64,000 nucleotides of DNA from Thermoguttaceae bacterium (GTDB taxonomy: Bacteria; Planctomycetota; Planctomycetia; Pirellulales; Thermoguttaceae): NCBI GenBank assembly GCA_017403345.1, contig JAFQOH010000025.1:25602-89601 (forward strand), read 5' to 3'. Shown piece by piece: positions 58,501 to 64,000 of the stretch. Within the stretch, counting starts at the first letter, position 1; every line of letters starts with the position of its first letter. Under the pieces are notes generated by a model. That model saw nothing but the letters and a program-made list of their open reading frames with translations. It ran no database searches and was not told the origin of the DNA. A program made the translations under genes and the position numbers.

Positions 58501-59963
58501 TCCAGCAGGCCGCCGATTCCCAGGATGTGACCGCCTCCTCGATCTCAGCTCTTTACCTGAAAGACGGCTCAGGCGTGACTCTTCAGCGTGACACGCGCGG
58601 TCTTTTCTGGCAGGTCCAGCTCGCACCATACCAGATCGAAGCGATCCAGTTCACCGGCTCCCCGATCATGCTTTTAGATCCGGTCTCCAAAACCCTGCAG
58701 GATACACGCGAGCTATTTCGTCAGGAATATTCAAGGCTTTTAGTCTCGCTGGAAAACCTGAAAAAACCAGTCTACTACCTAGGACTGAAAAACCCCGGTT
58801 TCGAACAGCCCCTCGGCGAAAACGGCGAGATGCCGTACTGGACCGTTTCCTACCCTCAAAGACAGAATCCAGGATTGGCGCAAATGGCTTTCGGTGCTTC
58901 CGGAACAACGTTAAACGGCACGTCGCCAAACGGCACGTTTTCAGGAGGAACACCGACTGCCGCAGGAAGTACAGGAGCTGCGTCTTGGGAAAATCCCGCA
59001 AATTCGGCCCTAAACGGCACAGAAAGGCTTCCCGGAACGGCATTACCGTCCGATCTCCTTTCCTCTTCCATCTCCTCTTCAGGAGCGACCGTCCGCATGG
59101 CTGGTCCGAATAGCGGGGCCGGTCCTAGTTCAGCCGGAATGGAAACGGATCCGGCAAACCGACACGCGTCGGCCGAGCTCGGCGCCCAAAATGTGATCTT
59201 CGGGACCAGCGCCCTCCAACTCAAAAGCACCGGTACTCCGATCCGCGTCATGAGTCACCCGTTCGAGCTGAATGCGACCGGACGTCTGACGGTCTACGTC
59301 TGGCTTCGTACCGATCAAAACACGACCTCCATTCCTCTTCGGTTCGTCGTGCGCGGCGAAGCACCTTCCGGCAAATTCTACCGGACCGCGAACCTCTCCG
59401 CACCTCAAACGGGGATCGGAAGTGAATGGAAACGCTTGAACATCCCGGTCAATGACCTGCCGCTTGAAAAAGGAACGCAGCTAAGCCTCGGTTTTGAACT
59501 TTACGGCGCCGGCAGCGTCTGGCTGGACAATATCCAGCTCTCAGACATCGATTTCTCACCGGCAGAGATCGCTCAGATCCAGGGAATTTTCACGCAGCTC
59601 GGAAATCGGATCGAGTGCGGCGACATCGCACCGTGCATCAATGCACTGGAATGCTACTGGCTCCGGTTCCTCAGCGAAAATGCGGGATCAGACCTCCCTC
59701 CCCATGCAGAGCCCATCGCCGAGCTCGCCATGGAGCATTCCCCTGCGGCGGGAACACCGGAAAAAACTTCGGAGGGGATCCAGGAACTCCCGGACAAAAA
59801 AAATCCCAAACTTCCCCATCTGGGCCAGCTTCCAAAATTGCCAAAATTTCCGACGAAAAGCTCCGAAGATCCACAAAAGGAACTCGACTCCAAGGTGATC
59901 GAGTCCCAGCAGGAAAAAAAACCGACCTATTTGGACAAAATCAAAGGTCTCCTGCCATGGTAA
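55515..59963 (+). CDS. Very large secreted protein of unknown function (possible GHL10-like TIM-barrel core and C-terminal CBM-like module)
   Basis: Signal peptide MKAVFFILLFFGYTAASFAG. The central segment HVGFNGLVLSVYSDGSTIYPSRILNPTPRYDNGTYF...MLFRMFDRENLKLIPSMDF weakly resembles glycoside-hydrolase-like family 10. The C-terminal beta-sandwich-like LTVYVWLRTDQNTTSIPLRFVVRGEA ... VWLDNIQLSD is followed by a K/P-rich tail. Confidence 0.5.
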   Translation: MKAVFFILLFFGYTAASFAGSPETVRLRLRWGGIESSAFGEVHCESGSMSALSPISMDPDCPGGAWLVNGSVQIRQSVTKKYNGFDVTVPYLPDANLLVQLGPEADYSSAVRFAIPLREIIRSGKTASLAEDSKFQFSVSRVPGDDLRIQMDRDNLVFAPRDMFQCTVTPALCWEEPVRAGHKKDPAPKNETIPQAKEIGELEFSVYRGRETFSVHSGTVQNVHLDGTMPAQIHFPVPENEGVYDVILKLRRKTGGKNLLQTLGNTFSGRDANEEILAERRIQFLVLNDTVISFSDSGNYALKMEIDPSVPQWWKSLDPDVLRQFGSWFPNAASLQNRNRRILAGEKQNFMELPQGPLPDTDPAWEAFPLIVESPWMPHILEIEYPANMEQTYSLSILEPNAAGAIEPPGIDSGINVPPQIGITAQTPIRLDRHHILFWPQSKTPILLMVNRHAQNSAYIGKIRLYHAGSHFAPQKSIQTASGTQAPQTVPDRVSKRLVALLISKPMFSQTFSATEMNNETTGQCISDWLTFYEGGKRLIEYMRHVGFNGLVLSVYSDGSTIYPSRILNPTPRYDNGTYFPTAQDPVRKDITEMLFRMFDRENLKLIPSMDFSSPISSLETAVYFPNAAEVSSLGTPASPLRWVNHRGRELITQRKSLKHGAPYYNILNPTVQETVLRSIAEVVRRYGHHPSFGGLSLQLHSDSFLVLPNPQWGMDPDSIASFIQDTGMTVPEDYMSRVRFLTSGPGAKQWIQWRAARMTIFYRRAAALLSTIPNAKLYLNGMKLFCLNAHPELMPRLDGILSAEEVFLYFGLDMEQLKLVPNLVVSRPQEILTNKPLTKQAGDLQWQQTPGTYRMFQDQKEPTSLFHHPADLLRLTSFDSASPFKPTFTWMATTYAQTTPEARRPYAESLAMLDAFTIMEGGWNPVFGKEEALRETISILSQLPAVHFNSAMNTTSETPHSASRIVIFRSCSQHGTNYAYAVNTTPFTAIGKVYVQQAADSQDVTASSISALYLKDGSGVTLQRDTRGLFWQVQLAPYQIEAIQFTGSPIMLLDPVSKTLQDTRELFRQEYSRLLVSLENLKKPVYYLGLKNPGFEQPLGENGEMPYWTVSYPQRQNPGLAQMAFGASGTTLNGTSPNGTFSGGTPTAAGSTGAASWENPANSALNGTERLPGTALPSDLLSSSISSSGATVRMAGPNSGAGPSSAGMETDPANRHASAELGAQNVIFGTSALQLKSTGTPIRVMSHPFELNATGRLTVYVWLRTDQNTTSIPLRFVVRGEAPSGKFYRTANLSAPQTGIGSEWKRLNIPVNDLPLEKGTQLSLGFELYGAGSVWLDNIQLSDIDFSPAEIAQIQGIFTQLGNRIECGDIAPCINALECYWLRFLSENAGSDLPPHAEPIAELAMEHSPAAGTPEKTSEGIQELPDKKNPKLPHLGQLPKLPKFPTKSSEDPQKELDSKVIESQQEKKPTYLDKIKGLLPW

Positions 59964-60040
59964 CCTGCTATGGCAAACAGATACCGTGCCGGATTTCTTC
60001 AAAATTTTCCTTTTTTTGGAAGATCGGCGGGCAAAATGCC

Positions 60041-60068
60041 TTGAGTTTTTGCCAAAATATGGTAAAAT
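60041..60068 (+). promoter_or_regulatory. Sigma-70-like promoter candidate for the GAF/HlyD operon
   Basis: TTGAGT (60041-60046), 16-nt spacer, TAAAAT (60063-60068). Confidence 0.35.
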
Positions 60069-60308
60069 ATAAAAGATTTTCGACACATAGGACCTGAAAG
60101 ATGCCTCTGCATACCCTGTGCCGCAGTTCCCGTTTTTCAGAAGCAGCGAAAGTTTCGATCCGGAACCGCCAGTAAACCGTTCATTCATGTACCGTTCCTT
60201 TTGAACGTCTGTTTCATTGGGATCCACGTTCCAGATCTGCTTTCCGTTCCCGTTCCCTTTTAACACCGTCACAACCCACAGTTCACCTGTTCATCCGGAA
60301 CGAATTTC

Positions 60309-62363
60309 ATGTCAGCACAGCAGCCAATCACTCAAAATATGGTCGAACAGACCAAACAGCACATCAAAGAGCTGGTCGGAGAGATCACCCAGCTCTCGCG
60401 CACCGATATGCCTGCCGAGGAATTTTATGCACAGTTTCTCCAGCGTATCGTAGAAGCCATCGCAGCGATCGGCGGCGTGGTCTGGAAAATGGGCGAGACG
60501 GGAACGCTTGCGCTTCAATGTCAGGTAAATCTGCGTGAATCAGGGCTCACCGGCGTCGAAAAAGAGAAAATGGCCGAGCATTCCCGGCTTCTCTACAAAG
60601 CGCTCCGGCATCCGGAGGGGCTCTGTACCGCGCCGTTCTCTTCATCTGAAGAAGAAGGCGGAGTCAACGGAAATCCGACCGGCTGCATCGTGCTCCTCCA
60701 GCCTCTCATCACAGAAGTAGAGACGGTGGGACTCGTCGAGATCTTCCAGCGTCCGGAAGTTTCCGGCAACACACTGGCCGGTTACCAGAGATTTTTGCGT
60801 CAGATGAGCGAACTGGCAGTCGAATTCATGCGCACACAGCAGCTGAAGAGCCTCGCGGACCGCCAGCTGCTCTGGAATCGTGTCGAGGAATTCGTCAAGA
60901 CGATCCATGAATCTCTGAACCCATACCAGACCGCATACACGATCGCGAATGAAGGCCGTCGTCTGATCGAGTGCGACCGAGTCAGCGTTGCGATCCGCCG
61001 CGGTTCCCGATGCCGGGTGGAGGCCGTCAGCGGGCAGGACCTTTTCGACAAACGCTCCAACATGATCCGCCTTCTGAACAAGCTGGCGACCTCCGTCGTT
61101 TCGGTCGAGGAACCGCTTTGGTACACGGGAGACACGACGAATCTGGCTCCGCAGGTCGAAAAGATCGTGGACGAGTACGTTGACGAATCGCACAGTAAGG
61201 CGGTCGTCGTGATCCCGCTCATCGAACCTCTGCGCGAAGAAGACAAAGAGGACTTCAAAAAGCGCATGGACAATAAAAAAAAGCCGATCGGAGCATTGAT
61301 CGTCGAACAGATCGAAAACAGCGCACTCCAAACGACTCTGCGTCAGCGTGTGGAGCTGGTCGAGAAGCACGCCTGCGTCGCGCTGGCCAATTCGCTTGAG
61401 CACAACGATCTCTTCCTCATGCCGCTCTGGCGCACGATCGGAAGATGGTCCTGGGTCATGAAGGCGCGAACTTTACCCAAAACGATCTTGGTCCTCATCC
61501 TGCTCATCTCGCTTTTGGTTGGCCTTTTTGTCTTCCCGTACAAATTTGAGGTCGAATCGGAAGGCCGTCTCGTCCCGGTCGAAAAAGCCGAGATCTTCGC
61601 CCCAATGGACGGAGACATTTCCGCGGTAGACGTCATGCACGGGCAGCCGGTCACTCCTGGAATGCGGTTAGCGGCACTGCGGAACGTGGATCTGGAAGCA
61701 CAGATCACGAAACTTTACGGAGAGATCGTTCGAACCCAGTCCGAACGCTCCAGCAAAACCGCCCTTCTGCGTCAAAGCAGTGACAAAATGGAACAGAGTC
61801 GGCTTGCCGGTGAGATCGATGAACTGAACGTTGCCCTTCAATACCAGGCGCAGGAAATGAAGATCCTTCGCGAGAAAGAGCGGAATCTTCAGGTCGTCAG
61901 TCAGATCGAGGGGCTCGTCGTAACGTTTGACGTAAAACAAAAACTCGAAAATCGCCCAGTCCAGCGCGGACAGGTCCTCATGGAAGTCGCGGACCCGAAA
62001 GGGGATTGGGAAGTAGAGCTCTACATGCCGGAGAAAAGGATCGGTCTGGTGCGTGAAGCACAAAAAGAGCTGGCCGATCAGTTCCCCGACGGCGATCTGC
62101 GCGTGACGTTCATCCTCGCGTCGCAGCCAGACCAGAAACTGACCGGGAAAATCGTCGAGATCCACAAAACGGCAGAAGTTCGCGAAGAAATGGGAAACAC
62201 CGTCCTCGTCCGCGTTGCGTTCGATAAAAGTCAGGTCCCTAATCCGAACATGGGGGCAAGCGTCACGGGAAAGATCTACTGCGGAGAACGCTCCATCGGG
62301 TACGTCTGGTTTTACGACCTGATCGCATTCATCCAGCAGAAAGTCCTTTTCCGCTGGTTCTGA
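60309..62363 (+). CDS. Tandem GAF-like domains + TM + HlyD/membrane-fusion (periplasmic adaptor) domain protein
   Basis: Two cytoplasmic GAF-like blocks (AAIGGVVWKMGETGTLAL...VGLVEIFQR and RLIECDRVSVAIRRGSRCRVEAVSG...PIGALIVEQIE). TM LVLILLISLLVGLFVF. Biotin-lipoyl-like hairpin IFAPMDGDISAVDVMHGQPVTPGMRLAAL, a coiled coil, and SQIEGLVVTFDV. Confidence 0.7.
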   Translation: MSAQQPITQNMVEQTKQHIKELVGEITQLSRTDMPAEEFYAQFLQRIVEAIAAIGGVVWKMGETGTLALQCQVNLRESGLTGVEKEKMAEHSRLLYKALRHPEGLCTAPFSSSEEEGGVNGNPTGCIVLLQPLITEVETVGLVEIFQRPEVSGNTLAGYQRFLRQMSELAVEFMRTQQLKSLADRQLLWNRVEEFVKTIHESLNPYQTAYTIANEGRRLIECDRVSVAIRRGSRCRVEAVSGQDLFDKRSNMIRLLNKLATSVVSVEEPLWYTGDTTNLAPQVEKIVDEYVDESHSKAVVVIPLIEPLREEDKEDFKKRMDNKKKPIGALIVEQIENSALQTTLRQRVELVEKHACVALANSLEHNDLFLMPLWRTIGRWSWVMKARTLPKTILVLILLISLLVGLFVFPYKFEVESEGRLVPVEKAEIFAPMDGDISAVDVMHGQPVTPGMRLAALRNVDLEAQITKLYGEIVRTQSERSSKTALLRQSSDKMEQSRLAGEIDELNVALQYQAQEMKILREKERNLQVVSQIEGLVVTFDVKQKLENRPVQRGQVLMEVADPKGDWEVELYMPEKRIGLVREAQKELADQFPDGDLRVTFILASQPDQKLTGKIVEIHKTAEVREEMGNTVLVRVAFDKSQVPNPNMGASVTGKIYCGERSIGYVWFYDLIAFIQQKVLFRWF

Positions 62364-62445
62364 CGCCAAATCCTTTTCACAAAAGCAAAAAAAACCTGAC
62401 TTCCATTTCCCCAAAAACACGATCCACCCTGTAAAAGGTCAAAAT

Positions 62446-63939
62446 ATGAAACGCGCATTCCTCATCATTTCCGCAGGCGTCCTTCTCCTCGGAGCAGCAG
62501 CGGCTGGTTTCTGGTACTTTCAGTGCGGTCTGAAAGCTCCAGAGGCACAGGAAACCGCTCTCTCTTCGGCGGAAACTCTCGAAACGGATCCAGTCTCGAA
62601 ACAGTCGGCAAGTTCGGAAGGTACGCTCTCCGATGCACTGACCGGAAGCGAGTCGGCCGTCGGAACAGAAGAAAATTTTTCTGACGTACTCGGAGATCCA
62701 TCGGCAACCGCACTGACTCAGACGGAAGTTCCGGCTCAGGAATCGTCAGCGGCCGGCACCTCTGCGGCTCCGTCCGAAAAACGCAGAAAGTTCCAGACGG
62801 TCGGTGACTTCCAGAAAGACGGCGCAGATCGATCCGTTTCCGAAATCGATCCTCAAAATACCGTACCGGGATCCAGCACGATCACAGCTCCCGGGAACGT
62901 TTCGGGAACCGAAATGAACGCAGATGGAAATGCCATCCCTGCAATACCCGATCCGTACGCGGTACCGCCTTCCGGTTTTCAGCCGAATGCCGCACTTGCG
63001 GAAAATGGCGGAGCAGCCGAAACGACTCCATTTGCACTTCCCTCTTTCCCGGCCGCAGACCGAAACGCCTCCACATCCCGGATCCTCGTGAATTCGGTCC
63101 CGCGTGAGGTCGAAAATGGTCTCATCATTCCGATCTACGAAGTGGAAGTTCCTGCGGAAGAAGCCGGCGTCATGCGTAAACTCTACGTTCAGGACTTCGC
63201 GCAGATCCAGAAAGACGACGTTCTGGTCCAGATCGACGATCGGCAGGCAGTCATGGCGGTGAATGTCGCAGAAGCGAAGAAAGAATCTGCCGAGATCCAG
63301 ATGAAGAACGACGTGAATGTCCGCTACGCGATCGCGGCACATGCCGTGGCAGACGCAGAGATCAAAAAGGCGGACGAAGCCAACTCGAAAGTCAAAAACA
63401 CGGTCCCCGTCGTCGAGTACAATCGATTGGTCCTCTCACGAACACAGGCGGAACTGCAGATCGAGCAGGCGCAGCAGGAACTGAAAGTCGCGGCACAAAA
63501 CTACAATGTGGCGATGGCGGAACTTGATGCTGCGAAACTGGATCAGACAAAATTCGAGATCCACTCCCCGCATGACGGCGTCGTGATGGAACTCTACCGT
63601 AAAGAAGGCGAGTGGCTCAAACCGGGAGACCCGATCCTTCGGCTCGTGCAGATGAATCCGATCCGATACAGTTTCCGAATCGAAAGCAAAACTCCGCCGG
63701 AATCGATCTTCAACCGTCCCGTAACGATTTACGTACCGGCACTGGAAAGAGAATTCAGCGGTAAAGTCACATTCATCAAGCCGTCACACGACATCGGCGA
63801 CATGTACCAGGTCTGGGTCGACATCGAAAACACTTGGCAGGCATTTGAAGATCCGGGTGAAGAAGAGCTTCAAAAAGGCTACTGGATCCTCCAGCCGGGA
63901 ATGCGTGCCGAGGTGAAAAGCATCGGCGGTACTAAGTGA
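62446..63939 (+). CDS. HlyD-family periplasmic adaptor (membrane fusion) protein with long low-complexity N-terminal region
   Basis: N-terminal TM FLIISAGVLLLGAAAAGFWYF. S/T/A/E-rich ~200 aa. Then VEVPAEEAGVMRKLYVQDFAQIQKDDVLVQIDD, a coiled coil, and IHSPHDGVVMELYRKEGEWLKPGDPILRLVQ. Confidence 0.7.
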   Translation: MKRAFLIISAGVLLLGAAAAGFWYFQCGLKAPEAQETALSSAETLETDPVSKQSASSEGTLSDALTGSESAVGTEENFSDVLGDPSATALTQTEVPAQESSAAGTSAAPSEKRRKFQTVGDFQKDGADRSVSEIDPQNTVPGSSTITAPGNVSGTEMNADGNAIPAIPDPYAVPPSGFQPNAALAENGGAAETTPFALPSFPAADRNASTSRILVNSVPREVENGLIIPIYEVEVPAEEAGVMRKLYVQDFAQIQKDDVLVQIDDRQAVMAVNVAEAKKESAEIQMKNDVNVRYAIAAHAVADAEIKKADEANSKVKNTVPVVEYNRLVLSRTQAELQIEQAQQELKVAAQNYNVAMAELDAAKLDQTKFEIHSPHDGVVMELYRKEGEWLKPGDPILRLVQMNPIRYSFRIESKTPPESIFNRPVTIYVPALEREFSGKVTFIKPSHDIGDMYQVWVDIENTWQAFEDPGEEELQKGYWILQPGMRAEVKSIGGTK

Positions 63940-64000
63940 ACGAAAACTTTTCATGACCGTTTCCTGATTTCCAAGCGCGGTCCATTTACCGCGATTTACG

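Overview
The window looks like chromosomal DNA from an anaerobic, glycan-degrading member of the PVC group (Lentisphaerota, Kiritimatiellota or Verrucomicrobiota-like). This lineage call is inference only. It rests on two PEP-CTERM-anchored proteins, autotransporter-associated beta-strand repeats, an FGE-sulfatase domain protein, heparinase II/III-like and large GH-like enzymes, two groEL copies and a trimeric [FeFe]-hydrogenase. About 33 protein genes can be supported. Housekeeping genes include asnS, scpA, an IscA/HesB protein, an orphan ABC ATPase, an AddA-like helicase-nuclease, a groEL2-groES-groEL1-dnaJ-grpE chaperone block and hydCBA. A TPR-ExbB-ExbD cluster is followed by a TonB-like-anchored protein that carries a prenyltransferase/terpene-cyclase-like C-terminal domain. 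At the right edge lies a tandem-GAF/HlyD plus HlyD adaptor pair. No rRNA, tRNA, CRISPR array, transposase or integrase was found. The most interesting locus is at 50.2-55.2 kb, an AT-richer three-gene minus-strand cassette (TerY-like vWA, PP2C phosphatase, Ser/Thr kinase) that matches the TerY-P triad. It has four unusual features. Both enzymes are membrane-tethered. The phosphatase carries 15 near-identical 42-bp coding repeats. A collapsed second vWA paralogue sits between the genes. An 11-nt G tract lies exactly between -35 and -10-like hexamers, as in a phase-variable promoter. The window is also unusually rich in short tandem arrays, with periods of 11, 17, 20, 28, 30 and 42 bp. Many long ORFs in the supplied track are antisense shadows of real genes and were rejected.
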